Origin: Phoronis australis
Taxonomy: Eukaryota; Animalia; Phoronida
DNA length: 64,000 nt
Reading direction: 5' to 3'
Assembly: GCA_002633005.1 (NCBI GenBank)
Contig: NMRA01000860.1
Coordinates: 53,432 to 117,431, forward strand
Of this stretch, positions 26,220 through 40,160 are shown piece after piece. The position numbers were made by a program, and so were the translations under genes. The first letter of the stretch is position 1; each line of letters opens with the position of its first letter. The notes under the pieces were generated by a model, which had not been told where the DNA came from, made no database searches, and saw only the letters and a program-made list of their open reading frames with translations.

Positions 26220-26447
26220 TCCTTCATAATTGCATTTTTCCTGTCGTATTCGTTGGACATGTGTTCTACTGATGGCACAATCAGTTCAATTATGATGATT
26301 GTTCGTGAGAATATGGTGACATCAGGCCATTTGGCTGCAGCGGCAATATGAGGAGGGAATACAACCTACATGCATTGTCTTCATTTGGGTTTGCCAATAG
26401 TTTAGCATAACGTCATTGTAAAATTTGATGTCACCTCCCTCCCCCTC

Positions 26448-26570
26448 TCCCTCTCTCTCAATCTCCCTGTCTCTAACTCTCTCCCTCCGTCTGTCCCTTC
26501 CTCCATTCCTCCTTCCCATCGTCCCTCCCGCTCCCTTTGTGTGTGTGTGTGTGTCTCTCTCTCTCTCTCT
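26448..26570. repeat. CT-rich low-complexity tract ending in a (GT)n(CT)n microsatellite
   Basis: Direct reading of the sequence. Confidence 0.85.
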
Positions 26571-27554
26571 CGTCTTACGTAGGCCTACCCCACTGGTAGT
26601 TGCTATGTCCCGTTGTTCATATTGTTCAAGTTTATTGTATGTCACTAAGTGGTCCCCTGTGCCATTTTATTTTAGATCTACATGTATTCAGAAGTCTGTA
26701 GCACACCCTTGAGAAAGAGCGCAGCGCTCGATACGTGGGGACATCATTTTTAATATATTTTAGTACCGACNTGTAGGACTCGTCCATTTGCGCCGCTGCC
26801 TGGCATGATGGTCGTATACAGCCTTGGAGCCCTGATCCTTTGAAGAGAACAGTCAATTGGTTAACAGGGGGGACGATGCACACTGTACCCGGTACTACAA
26901 GATATGGGAAATCATCGAAAACGTATGTTTTAAAGAAAAAAATCTCTATTTAGTAGCAATGAACACTATGTTAAAACTTAACTGTAAAACTTTACTTCAC
27001 TGATGCTCGAATTCTCCAATCTTTCAAAGACAGGACTGATCTTGAAATACACCAAAACACGATTGTAATCAAGAACCTTTAATTGTAAAACACGGATCCA
27101 AAATAGGCGAAGGCGGGTCCTCGAAATAAAATAGACGAGCGATGATAAAGACAGATCATTAAGTTTTCTACAAACTCACCCCAGTTAAGATTTTTCCTCG
27201 TGGTATTTTAAAATATTTACACTACCAGTCCAATTGCATTTCCTTGTAGTGTACTTTATCCCACCATTATGTGTGCTATGAAAACGCTTACTGGTGTAAC
27301 TAATGTTGTTACCGAACATAATAGTGTTTGAATGAAGCTTGACGTAATAACTAAGATCTCGCATAATTTACGCATTCGGATTGCCTAAAGATTTAGTGCC
27401 GTGAATACGTCGCAGCTCGTTTGTCTGCCAAGAACCTATTTTAATTTGCGTCCCTTAAATATTATCAAAGACACACCGTCACACTTGCAAAGGATTTCGC
27501 CATATTTGTTTTGCGCGAGCTTCAATATATGGGGTTTTTGAGCCAGCATTTTAA

Positions 27555-29002
27555 AGGCGAAGGCAACCTTTTCTCATGTCATTTTTAGCAAAAATAAGGT
27601 TCGTTGGTTATCCCAAACATATTTTACACTTAACCGTAATTTTTCGTAATTTAATTAATTAATTGTCCTCTACTCCGGAAGTGACGTTTTGGGAGGCAAG
27701 AATTTCGCGGCAATTTGTCTTTGCGTTGAGTTTAGTGTGAGGATCTGTACTACTTTTGTTTTCGTGCTGTTTTTCGAAAATCGTCGTCACCACTGTTAGA
27801 GAACCCAATTACGTTGGATTTAGGGATTCTTTAGCTTGTATTAATCTGAAAATGACTGGAGTCGGCGACCCATATCACAGTGACAGTACTGACGTGAGTA
27901 ACGGAGACATTGTTCATAAAGCAGTGGTGACGAGGAATTTTTTCTCGGACAGTCAATTGTTGGGTATACTTTGTATGTTTAAGCCCGAGTATAATGAGGC
28001 ATGGTATGCACAGGCACAACTGTCCCACTTGCCCCAGTGTCCTGCGACACACTCCCACTGGATGGTGGCCTGAGCACCCAAACTGCTTACATCCCGCACT
28101 GTGACTCCCTCGCCACACACCTGCCACTTTTTAAGTAGCTCCAATACTTTAGACAAGTCCACAATAAACTTATCAAAGTTTGGCTCACCGATCTGTTCGT
28201 TGGACGACGTACTGTCCGCTTCACTGGATTTCGAACTGGGCCTGTATTCACTCCCACAACTCAACATCGCTGCAGGGCTGCTTACAGGCTCTGTGTTAGA
28301 AACAACAGCACAGGGCGAATCACTGCTACAGTAGTTCCCAGAATTGCAGGCTCTGTACCTTCGGAGGCACGCGTGACAGTAGATGAAGTGCCTCCAGTCA
28401 CTGTAGTGGGCATAGCTCGCGACGCTTCTCGCTTCAAAAACGCACTTCTCGGGGGTGGCGGCGGAGAACTGCCGGGAACCAGCAGCTACGGTATCGCACC
28501 CTTCTTCAGGCGTTGTTTCGCAGGGACCTTCATCAATTCAGCGTACATATCCATCTAGTCGTAATCTGACGGCAGAAAATGCTTGCCACACACTCGGTAA
28601 CCCTCGGTAACTTTGAACGTTGCGCTGACGGGTAACGCTGCGCTCGAGCCAAGTACGGCGAAGTGTGTCATCCTTTGGAAATCGATGCAAAACCTGGTAT
28701 TCCCACGAGACGATGATGAGTACATCCCGGTACGCAGCAACAGTGTGGCATGTTGTCTGATTCGTAAACAAAAGCAAACGACGACCGAACTGATCACAAC
28801 CGAGGTACGACAATGCTCTCACAGTCAGACTATATGAAAAGAAATTAGCGCGAAATTCTTGCCTCCCAAAACGCCACATCCGGAGTAGAGTACGAGTAAT
28901 TAATTAAATTACGAAAAGCTGTAATTAAGTGAAAAATATGTCTGGGATAACCAACGAACCTTATTTTTGCTAAAAATGACATGAAAAAGTTTGCCTTCGC
29001 CT
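27555..29002 (-). mobile_element. Kolobok DNA transposon, internally deleted (THAP plus transposase N-terminal remnant)
   Basis: TTAA|AGGCGAAGGCAA...TTGCCTTCGCCT|TTAA with ~165-bp TIRs; minus-strand THAP MPHCCCVPGC / HRFPKDDTLRRTW / RVCGKHF / RLKKGAIP; KFIVDLSKVLELL..VC..G..IQWECVAGH..W.S resembles the Kolobok transposase N-terminus. Confidence 0.88.
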
Positions 29003-30110
29003 TTAAGCTGATTTCTTGTCTCAGTGATCATCAAACTGACACTTGAAATTGGAAATAAATGGAACACTACGTATATGCAATGGCCATGTTGAACTGACAT
29101 GTGCTGTCTTTCCAAGTCATTATCTCTCCCGGACACACCTCCATTTGCCGCCATTTTTGGTTTCATCCGAAATGTAATTGTACATCCAACTCCTTTTATA
29201 CTCATGCTATAGGGAGATAGGTGCCAGTGGAGAACTGCGGGTTGTCTTATTACGACAACCACTCTATACAAATCGATTGCCGGCCTATTTAATTTCAAGA
29301 AAAAAAACCAGTTCACTCGCGGTGAACGACGCATGGAATACCTGTTATTGGGTTGCACATCTCTCAAGGAAGCCGATTTTGGAAACGCAACATTTCAAGA
29401 CATGACACTCTTGGATGTACATGTAGGTGCATTGCCAAACAAATGTATGGGTTCAATTATCTATGCAAATATTTTTTGTCACTTGTTCGAGGTTGGTTCT
29501 GCGCAGTCTAAGGGTCATACCGTAAGATCAAACGGTGAGTGTCAAATATAATAGGAGCCACGTCGCAAAATAACTGTTATGGATATGGCCAGACTGCGTT
29601 TGTCGCAGCAAACCGTTCTGTGTCGCGTGTTAAACGTCACAGCACTTACTTAGATTATTCCAATTTCAGGTCTAAAACGAATACATGTAGGTTTCTCGAA
29701 ATGATCTGAAAATGTATGTTTCCACTACCAAGAGACACTCAGTTGCAAGGGGTATTTCTAAAACTACCAGTCAATAAAGTTCTTTAATCAAGGTGCTTGG
29801 GAACCTACTTCAATAAAAGTTGTAGTTAACGGCCATTTAATCAGAGCCATATCTTAAAATTGAATCGATATTTCACTAAAATTAAATGTTGTTAAGTTAA
29901 ATCTGTTTCAAATATTGGAAGGAAAGCATGTCTAAATAGTAGCCATAAGTGCTAAAGAGACTGAATACCAAGAAGAAAGCACCAGTTTTTTAATGGGGAA
30001 ACACCAAGAAGTATGCTTATCAGTGTTAATGTCAAAATAATGATACATGAAACACATTTACATGTATTGTGTTCATATAGCAGGTATATAAGGTATATAT
30101 CGAGGATTGA

Positions 30111-30228
30111 ATGGAAAATTTGATGCATCCGAATGTCTTCCGTCCAATTTCATTCGTTATCTTTTTCTTTAGCGGCAGCTTCTACAAAGAACGTCCTACA
30201 TATTTCTTTACCAGTGATCGCTTATCAG
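30111..30228 (+). CDS. Candidate first coding exon of the Tie-like gene
   Basis: ATG-initiated MENLMHPNVFRPISFVIFFFSGSFY.. ends in a phase-1 donor CAG|GTAATT compatible with the 31908 exon; the signal-peptide character is weak. Confidence 0.3.
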
Positions 30229-30749
30229 GTAATTCACAAGTTTTCATTTTGAACAACTAAAATGCAGTAATAATATGCGATACTGTGCGAAGTTGTAAAT
30301 TACTTCGGCAATTATAGATTGATACGTTCAGATAAATATTGATTTCGTCATGATTTGTCTTTCAAATCTGATTTCGTTGTAAATGGCTTTTATCTTGAGT
30401 ATCAATAGAAAATGAATAAAAATAATTGTCGTCAAGCCGTCCAAGTGCATGAGTTTGTATGCGAAATAAAACCTTTTTTGTGGGATTTCCACTTATAATG
30501 AAAGTCCGTATATAGGCGTTGCGCCTTCACTCCACAATTTTGCGGCGCATGCGGGTCTCCCTGTGCATGCATGCGTTTAGAACTACAATACATGTGCGTA
30601 TGTATGGTATATATTTATTTATTTTAGTGACAAGTGTACATGTAATAAATCCAAACATAATTGATATAACATTCGTAAGAAAGATAAGTACCCATCTTTT
30701 TAGTCACTTTAACTACACAACTCAGATGTACCAGAAATGCAAAGATTTC

Positions 30750-31650
30750 TAAGTTCAAAAGCAGACTTGATATATTTGGAGAATTGCCTAGGGGAATTGT
30801 GAAACAGAAGCAGAAGTTTTAATGTATTTAGCCTTCTGAATTCTTCAAAGTTCGGGACTTGAAGTGAAGCATAGTAGTTAAACCTCAGTGAGTTAGAAAG
30901 ATAACAAAATGTAGCTCATCCTCAACAGAATCTGTGTCACAACACAGCGTCTTTCGCTTACATGAGTATTTACGAAACGACCAGTTTCCAAGTGCAGTGG
31001 GAGATTTGCTGTTCTAAACTGGGCCAAAAGAGGTCGCTCGGGACGATATAAATTAAGCTTCTCACACGATCCGTTAAAATTCGTGCTGAAATAAGCTTTA
31101 GGTTCTTAACTTGGGTTTTAAATGCAACAGAAGCAGTCCAAACATGTTTCGAGTATTCAAATAGTTTGTTTCAAACATTTACTATGTAACAAGTAATCAA
31201 ATTTTGAACACAAAGCTGCATCCCTATTATGCTAAACAATTTTTGATGCTATCCATCCAACTGTTTTTAACAAAGCAATACCATAGAAATATCTTTTTCA
31301 ATAACCTATCATCACCTGTAGCTTCTGATTTGTTCCGAAAACGCAATATATTAAATTTTGCGAAATAATGTGTTTTTAGAGAGCACTTCTTAAGTGTCCC
31401 ACATATGGGGCACGCGCCTAAACAATTAGGCGCAGGTCTGCAGTATATGAATCTTTTAAATCCTTTACAATAGGTGCAAAGTCTTACTTTGACAGACAAC
31501 TCTTTGCAGCATTTCATATTACAACGAGCTCTATACTTTGCGTGAATTCAAGGTTTTACCACAATACGCATACGAGCACAAGTCCATTAGTGACCATTTA
31601 GGCAAACGCTTTTACATATGACTGTCAAGACAGATTCCACTTTTGAAAGA
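30750..31650 (-). mobile_element. Decayed LINE 3' fragment (CR1/L2/Daphne-like)
   Basis: Minus strand ERPLLAQFRTANLPLHLETGRF and LCCDTDSVEDELHFVI (C-terminal zinc-knuckle region); boundaries approximate. Confidence 0.7.
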
Positions 31651-31907
31651 CCATTACGCGAAAACGACTTAGCCGCGAAGATTCATATGTACATGCATGA
31701 GCATACAATTTAGACCAAGCCATAAGTGACGACTCTGCACATTGATTAGTTTCATGAGGGCGACTTACTCGGGATATTGACTATTGCACATATGTACATG
31801 TAGGCCTACATGTACAGGTGTACTGTCTAAGCGAACGAACCTCGATTTTCTAATGACCTGCCATGCTATTTGATCTTCTGCTACCTTCATTGCTACTTCA
31901 CTATAAG

Positions 31908-32186
31908 AATACAACGGGACTGTACAGTTAAAACTTGTTGCAGAAACTTTGTACGATATCAGCAGTGTTGTGAACACTAAATCAAAGACCATTCAATGTT
32001 TCGGAGACGGCATTACAAATCCAAGAGGCAACGCAGAGCTGACTATTGAAGAGTTTGGGAAACCATTGACACGTACTCCTGCACAAATCACGTATCGAGA
32101 ATATGGTGTTTTCCTTTGCACGTACAGTGGAAACAACGAGAGTCTTTATTCACAAGTGATCACCGTGGCTCCACAGACGCAGGACA
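31908..32186 (+). CDS. Tie-like exon: N-terminal Ig-like domain
   Basis: YNGTVQLKLVAE..TIQCFG..REYGVFLCTYSG..VITVAPQTQD; donor A|GTAAGT, phase 1, in frame with the next exon; acceptor position less certain. Confidence 0.6.
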
Positions 32187-34686
32187 GTAAGTCACATGAT
32201 AGATCACCAAATCGTTTCTAAAGCAGATGAAAGTGACAGTTTCTATCTCACGGTGGAATTCTCAAAGTCAGTTAAAATAAGAAAGGCTATCGTAATGTGT
32301 TGTCACATTAAATTTGTAAAAAATAATATTTGGAATGTTACTCATGAGAATTATCAAGCCATTTTCTTGGAAATTAGACCTACCTGTTGACGCTGTTCCG
32401 CCGTTGTACATCTATACCCAAAGACTACACATCAAAATGGAAGACATTGCATTTTATTTTCTATATGTTTGGTATATATCACCATAGTTATACTTTAATT
32501 CCATTACGTAATGCTGGAGAACTACATGTATTTCTATTATTTTCATCTGACACCCCTTTCGAATCTGCCTGACCATCAGTGTTGTATCCTGCTTGTTATT
32601 ATTCATCTTCCGTATGTCAATTAATTGCCTCAATGCCGTACGTCTATTTACTGGTTTAAATTTGAAGTGCACGTACTCACACTGAAATATCTGTCTTTTG
32701 TTTGCCAGCAGATCAAATCTTGATAAGTTTTACAAAAACGTTTGGTGGCAAAGTCATGTTAGAAGCAAATAAGACGTTCATGTATAACAATAATCTAAGC
32801 CTGTCACTGCTTGGAGGACGCCAAGCGCCAAATTCAGAATTTCTAATCTCTTTATTCTTGGCTCATGACTGCAAGGTAGCTAAGGAAGTCACTACTTCAC
32901 AATCATCACGTACGAAACACTACATATATTATTGTTTATTGTGTAGCTAATTGATTCACAGTAACTAAGGATAGGCAAGGTCACGTACAAAAGAGCTGCT
33001 TCCTGGCAAGCCACTTGTGTTTGATATATCTTTACTTAATCATTGTTGAAACTGGAAAGTTTCGATTCCTGGTAAATTCTGTCAGAAATATCTACGGGTA
33101 CAGGTTGTATGCCTTTGTTTCAGTCCAACATTTCAATATTAAATATAGAACAGAACTTGCAAAGTAGTCACTGAAGTTCTCTAAGACAGTGCCTGTACTT
33201 CAGTGGCCTTTCCGTTCCGCCGGGTCAACCGGCTAAGACAAATAATTGCTCTGCAAGCAGGAAGTCGTCAACGAAAACCTGTAAGATGTCTGTCAATTGA
33301 CTTGGCTATGTCAATTAGCACAAAAATTACACAAACTTGTATTCTCTGTTGTATGAAATTCATTCCATGAAAATATTATGGTGAAACAAAACTACATGTA
33401 TACGTATAGTCTTGTAGACTAAATTGCGAATTTTCGGCAATTGCAAGCCCTTCTATTCGAATAAAATCTCATAAAGACATGACCTTAGTAGCTGGAATTT
33501 ATAGTACGTCCATACAAATCGACACATTCAGATTCCGTGAGATAATGAGGGATAACACATGTCGAATCCGCTGAACTAAGACCGCGCTAGGAAATGTGTT
33601 TTCGGTTTTTCGATCCTCCTTAATCTAGTACATTTGAAATTGACTTGTCGCCGAAATTTTGAGTGACAGCTTAATTGACCTACTAGCGCAGCATTTCTGA
33701 CACACCTTCCTTTCCAAGCCGACAAACAACACGTTGCCGAGTAAAACTTATTGTATTTTTGTCAACTTTTCGCAAGGGGGCGGAGCTTGCCATAGGTCAA
33801 TTGTACTACGACAGTTTTATTGACATTACAGGCACTTGTAACCATCTCTTTACCTGGAAATGAAATTGTGCTTAAGGAAAAAATCCCCAAAAACTAAATA
33901 CTCATTATTAAGTTGTACCTTGCACATTATTAAACAGAGAGTACAGTAGACAGTGTTTGAGAACAATGAAAGACAAATGATTTGGAAACAGCAGTAGACA
34001 AAATAAATATTTTGGGAAGATGGACACGGCGTTTTCTTACCAAATTTTTGACAGTTTTCCCTACTTCAGCCATTCTGAGTCTTTCCTATTTCCTAACTAA
34101 TTAAACCAAACATGAAAAAATGACGATTTTATTGGTTAAAAAATCTATAGATACAAAAAATACAACCAAGTCAGGAACATTTTTATTAATCCGGCGTCAG
34201 GCGTCCGACGTCATCTGCTGTATATGTATTTCCAAACCCCTTGATGCATGTTCATAAAAATTTGCAGGAATGTACCTTGTATAGGTGGGACGGCATGAGA
34301 TAGTTTTCGGACAGATTCGACAACTGGTGTGTCCCCTAGTTGTAATTTTATTTTTTTTAGGTTTGCCTCTGTATCTTAGGTGTTCCTGAACGGATTTTCA
34401 TGAAATTTGATAAACGGGTATCTATTAGGAAGGTGACATAACCTTCACATTTTTAAATGGAATTGACGTATTTTGCGCCACCTAGTTGTCTGCTTCTAAC
34501 ATGATTGCCATCAAAGCCAAAATTTCTGATTTTTGCCGTCTGACCATAACTCACATGTACCTAAAACAGGATGATATTCAAAGCTGGAAGTCAGATTCTG
34601 AGGTTTTTGCGTAAATTGATTTATATACCCGATGCTCGTTCATACTATAACTAAAAACGTTAGCAAAAGCATGCTTTTATCCACAG

Positions 34687-34932
34687 TTATATTCAATCCT
34701 GACAATGTTACAATAAGAGCAAGCGTTGGTGACAGTGTGACGTTCATTGTGTCCGATACCAGATATAATTGTAAGGAGCGTATACGTTGGACCAAAGATG
34801 GTGTCAGCAAACCACACTGGAATGGAAAACGCAAAGTGCGGATGTTTGCTAAAATCGAACGAGGAGGCGTTTACAAAGTTCATTGTCCTAGTGGTGAATC
34901 GTGGCCAACAATGATTCGTCTAATCGTAAGAG
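34687..34932 (+). CDS. Tie-like exon: Ig domain (Ig_Tie2-like)
   Basis: ccacag|IFNPDNVTIRASVGDSVTF..IRWTKDG..W..GGVYKVHC..MIRLIVR G|gt; 246 bp. Confidence 0.9.
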
Positions 34933-35314
34933 GTATAGTATAACGCTAAGTTGCATGAAACAACCTTAGTTCAATTGCTTTGCCAAGGTGTACACATAAA
35001 CTACCGTTGTTCACAGATTTTACTGGTACGGTAAAAACTCACGAATTTTGCACCAAACAATTGATAAACTTAACCGCCCTCATTGTTCATTGTTTTCTAA
35101 CATAGTTATATATTACACAGGTTTTCGAATAACGTAGAAATTAAATCTAAAACTAAATAAGCCGATCTAGATCCTCTCAAGGCTACTATTGTTTCACGAA
35201 ATGTAGATTATATATAGGCAAGTAAAATAACAAGAATGGATCAACTGAAACTTTCGGATATACATAGATTATTACCTGGCGAAGTCGTTATCCCCCGTTA
35301 TCTACAGCCCGAGT

Positions 35315-35376
35315 GGATTTTGGAGAATTATCGCGCGAGGGGCGTTAGCCCCGAGGGGGATAATTCTACAAAATCC
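35315..35376. repeat. Hairpin (GGATTTTGGAGAATTATC..GGGGCGTTAGCCCC..GATAATTCTACAAAATCC)
   Basis: 18-bp outer arms with one mismatch and a GC-rich inner stem. Confidence 0.75.
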
Positions 35377-35915
35377 GCATACTGAACGAGAAACATTGCA
35401 ATGAATCGATCTACCTTTCTCGACTCGCCTCGGCTTTGTAACTACTATCTATGTCAGAGGCCCGGGGTCGGAGGTCGTGACCTTTTTATAACAGCCGAGT
35501 TATTTTTGTAAAATAATGCTTTTACTCAAAACCAATTGAAAAATAAAACAAAATAGAAAAAAAAAATCTATAAATTAAGGCTTAGCAACTGTTATAGCTT
35601 ACTACACATTTTATCAAGCTAAGCTTCGACCGGTATTATATCGTCTGCTAAAGTAGGTTACCACTAGTAACTGACTATAATGCTCAAGTCAAAGGATCCC
35701 GACCACACGACACCTGCATTCAAATTGGAAGTCGGTGATTTACAAGTGAGAGAACACGAGAGAAAAATTGCACTGAATCAAAATATCGTTTTTATGGAAA
35801 TTATGCGTCTTATTTTTCATAGCGTATAAATCTCGGTGCAATGCCCTTTGCTGAACATGCTATTGTTGCGCGTGCTCATTTAAGTATTCTATTTTCACGA
35901 TCGATGACGTCAGCC

Positions 35916-35984
35916 GCTGAGTGTTGTAGTGGTAAAGTCGGCGACTCGCAACTGTTGAGGCCCGGGTTCGAATCCGGCCTCGGT
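35916..35984 (+). repeat. tRNA-derived sequence (SINE head or tRNA pseudogene)
   Basis: A-box-like TAGTGGT, B box GGTTCGAATCC with T-stem CCGG/CCGG, loop CTCGCAA; acceptor and anticodon stems are imperfect. Confidence 0.55.
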
Positions 35985-36770
35985 TTCCCGCCAAAATGTT
36001 ATCTCACTAGTGAGATAACTTTATGGGTTATTACACGAATGTATCTGCCATTCGAGGCTAATATTGTGGTATAAAATAACATCCTTCGTTAACAGAAACA
36101 AAAATAAAGTAAAATCAAACACTATATGACAATTGACATTTAAGATATGGCGTAATGAATATGATACATTGTAGCGGAAAAAATCAAGGATATAATTTAA
36201 GAAGGTTTTATGTTTAATCCATTAGGTTCAAGTGTATTAAGCTTATCTATCCAAAATTGTTCTCTTTTGAGTCTGTGAGGGGTCCTGGGGTATTGGAGTT
36301 TTTCTATTATTTGTACAGAAAAATCTTGAAGATTATGTTTTTTGGAATTGAAATGATTACCTACATGTATAGTTATCAGAAATGTTTTTAAGTGTTTTGT
36401 TAAATCTATGATTGAGAAACCGAGTTTGTAGATTATGTTGGTTTGTCCTACGTATTAGATAGAACATTTTTTACATGTTAATGTAATAATGTTGGTAGTG
36501 CAATTACAATGGTGTTTTATTTCAAAGTTTTCATTGGTTTGGAAGACTGGGAGAAAGTACTGTCGTTGACAAAGTTACACATTTTACATCTAGTTTTGTT
36601 ACATTGTGTGTTGCCAATAGGTTTGTCAGTTTGGTTTATATTGTCGATATTTGCTTTAACTAAATATTTTTTTTAGATTTTTACGTTTTCTCCAAGAGAT
36701 TATAGGTGGATGAGAAAATAAGTTTTTCATTTGAGGGGAAATATGCAGCGTGGAAAGATGTTTTCTGAAT

Positions 36771-36921
36771 TATCAGCAATGTTTTTATGTATTACGTAAA
36801 ATATATGATTACGAAACCGATATCAGAAATGTTTTTTATATATTATGTCAAACCTATGATTACAAAACCGATATCAGAAATGTTTTTATGTATTATGTTA
36901 AATCTCTGATTACGAAACCGA
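36771..36921. repeat. ~50-bp tandem repeat x3 (a fourth copy at about 36374)
   Basis: TATCAGAAATGTTTTTATGTATTATGTTAAATCTATGATTACGAAACCGA-like units. Confidence 0.8.
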
Positions 36922-38011
36922 TACAGTATTTTCTAGTGAATTCCATGCCGCATAGCTTGATCATACGAATACATTTATGTAATTCTACACATCTTTCATC
37001 GAGAATATAGATTTTATTTAATAGACCGTTACCTGACCTGTATTTGCGATACCTTACTGTTGCTTCACGCCCTCGCGAAGTCTAGTTTAGTCGCCTGGCA
37101 TAAACAGATGTTTAGAGACAGTAATGCACTTTAGTGTATAAAACAATAGAATGTCATGATCGGGTAGCCAGCAAATGCCCAAGGAGCTAGTAGTACATAT
37201 AACGAATATACGTGCTAAACAATCGCAAACAATGTACAGAAAGTACTAGTAAACTGCATGGTTAGTAATGATAAGGCCACGAGATGTGTATGAGTTCACC
37301 AACGTAGGCCTACATGGTAAACGTATGCATGGATTACATGTACATAGAAATTCGTGATAAGCGAGCCGAAAGTCTTCAGTTTAAGGTTTGGTGCTAAATG
37401 AAAAATGGGTACAAGAGACCGGATTTAACATTTAGTGTTCTGCCCCTGTGGTTACGATCACATTGCCTTAGAAGGTAGACTTCAAAATAAACTAACACGG
37501 GTCTTCAAGGGGTGTGTGATTTTTTCGCGTGAAATTGCTTCAAGAAATTGATACTGTTCAGTGACACTGACTATGGGCATTACATTTGCCTGAAACCTTG
37601 CTTGTGAAATTCAGTTACAATGTACATTGATAAAACTTTCATGAAATGTCACGATTATCATTAACGAATTTATAAAACATTCAGGTAAATATTATTTTTA
37701 TACCAAATAAGAAATCATTTCAATTAAAATTTGATTCACCATTGAGATATTAATGCAAGTCACGCATTATATTAGTCTTCATATTCGTTTTTATTCCCAT
37801 CTCGTTTTTGTTTCTTTTTATTTTTTAATGCAAGAGACAATACCGATCCATAGAAAACTACATTGATTAACACATTCACCTAAATACAGCCACGTACAAA
37901 TGTATGAACATGCATATTATCTAAAACTTCAATGCTTTGTCCTAAATATGCATTTTAAAATAAATGGAGGCACCTGTTGAAGCCATGTGTGTCGTCATTT
38001 TTTTCTATTAA

Positions 38012-38197
<186 letters not shown>

Positions 38198-38924
38198 TAA
38201 CTAGCGACAATGAGGACAATATGATGTCCGATCTCCAACTGTCTAGACCATTGTAGGGTTTTAGTGTTTTTAAGTCCTTTGTCTTCTGCCTCCCTGTCCA
38301 CAAAACTTATTGAAGAATCACAATGAGATGTAGGTGGTGTGTTCCTATTGAGGAGAGCACTTTTGACTTGCTTTAAACAGTCTAGAGGCCATTATTAACT
38401 TTACTAGCATTGCTCTATTTAGTAGGAATGTTTGAAAAAAAAAACATAATATCTTGTAAGTGCGCTTTACGCTAAGCAGACAGTGGGTGCATATCAATGC
38501 CCTGCGTCGCTTTTGGAGACTGATCCACTAGGTTACCTTCAACCCGACAATTATCCGTTCCTTGGAAAATTGGTTTTACAACTCTTGAGAAAACGCCACT
38601 GTTTTCAGTCTCTCTTAAATAACAAAATATATCTGCCGCCCACTTTACTTAAGCCTCTTAGTTGATGGGATAAAAATAGTATCTGCAAAAATGTAGTGTA
38701 AGCCCACTGATTTCCTTTTTATGTTCCTACAAGGAGAACAACTGCACGATTGCAACGTTTTTGGAACTGAGCAAAATGAGTGGATTTCTTTATTTATGAT
38801 TTGCATTCGCCCCTCAACAAGGCCCCTTCTTCAACCATGCTATGTCCAAAGGCATATATTACATGATGGGGAATTGCTTTGTTGACTTTTCGGTTTATTG
38901 TTCCCTTGGTGTTTTTGTTTACAG

Positions 38925-39074
38925 CATGTGGTTCCAACCTTTTCGGTAGAGAATGTACCGCAACCTGTGACGAAACAGGGGCAGACAATGGTTGCAAGGA
39001 TAAGATCATCTGCACTCTTGATCCTTATGGATGCTCGTGTGCGGCAGGCTTTCATGGAGTCAAGTGTGACCTAG
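38925..39074 (+). CDS. Tie-like exon: EGF-like domain 2
   Basis: CGSNLFGRECTATC..GCKDKIICTLDPYGCSCAAGFHGVKCDL; DPYGCSC is characteristic of Tie EGF2; 150 bp. Confidence 0.95.
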   Translation, partial: HVVPTFSVENVPQPVTKQGQTMVARIRSSALLILMDARVRQAFMESSVT

Positions 39075-40160
39075 GTATAGGTATTGTGCACCACGTTCAC
39101 CAAAAATGTGTTTCAATGAAATAGCTACCGTCCTTTTATCACGTTTGACAACGTTCTTCCCTCATTAACGCAATTCAATTCCTACGAACTCAGTAGTTGC
39201 TTTTCTTTCATGTACCTCAGCAACAGTACTCGTCCAATCGTATGGCAAACGTTTTATTGACTTACGGCAATAGTACCACAAAAAACATGTGTTACTCTCA
39301 TAGAATCTGATATAAGTGTTATTATTGGTAACGTTTTATAGCAAAAGTTCAATAGCTTAAGATGTTTAGCGCTTGGCATGGGCTCGTGACTGTACAGGTT
39401 GTATTAAATTAGCAAATAAACTCGCCCCTGTAACTGACCCTGAATTACAGTAGTCCGGGAGAGAAAGCCTTCGTAAGAAACGAAGTGTGAGATGTGCGGT
39501 TTGTGAGAAAAGAAGTAGAACGCGTAAGCAAGGAAATGTGTTAAAACTATGTAGGACCCCAGGACAGATATCCAAATTCGGCTAACGCAATTCGTAACAT
39601 AACGTTCGAGGATTGATATTAAATTTTCAGATACTATGCAAAGTCCTCCAACGTACCTGTAACAGGACCTTACGGCAACTTTTCTCCGTTGCTATCTCTA
39701 TCGTATTTCTGGATCAGTGTATTCCGGTTCGAACTGATAGCCTGTAAAACCTAACGATCCTTCCCGTGAAGTCTTCGTCGTCTGAGCTCTTGACTAAGTC
39801 GGAATTGGCGCGGGGCGAGTTGCCGTTTATTAGTAGACGTTTATTATACTACGTTCTGTTTCAAAATGATTTATTCTCGACATAATCAATGCTGATGTGA
39901 AACTGAAACAAAGTCTGCCTTATTAGATGCAATTTGTAATGCCTTGGAGTGCTCGTTAGTGCAAATGTTTGAAGCCAGCAATGAATAAACCACTGCGTTA
40001 CCGGCTTTTGATGCCGGCGACAAAGGTAATTGACCGGGTACCGAGGCGGTGTGAGCGCATGCTAATTCCATGTTTGCTGACAGAAAGCTGTTGTGAAACA
40101 ATTACTCGATTTTATATAGGGGAATTTTAATTTAGCAATACAAATACATTAATCAAATCA

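Noticed and set aside
35916-35984. Functional tRNA-Ala(CGC)
   Set aside because: Acceptor and anticodon stems are mismatched; better read as a tRNA-derived repeat.
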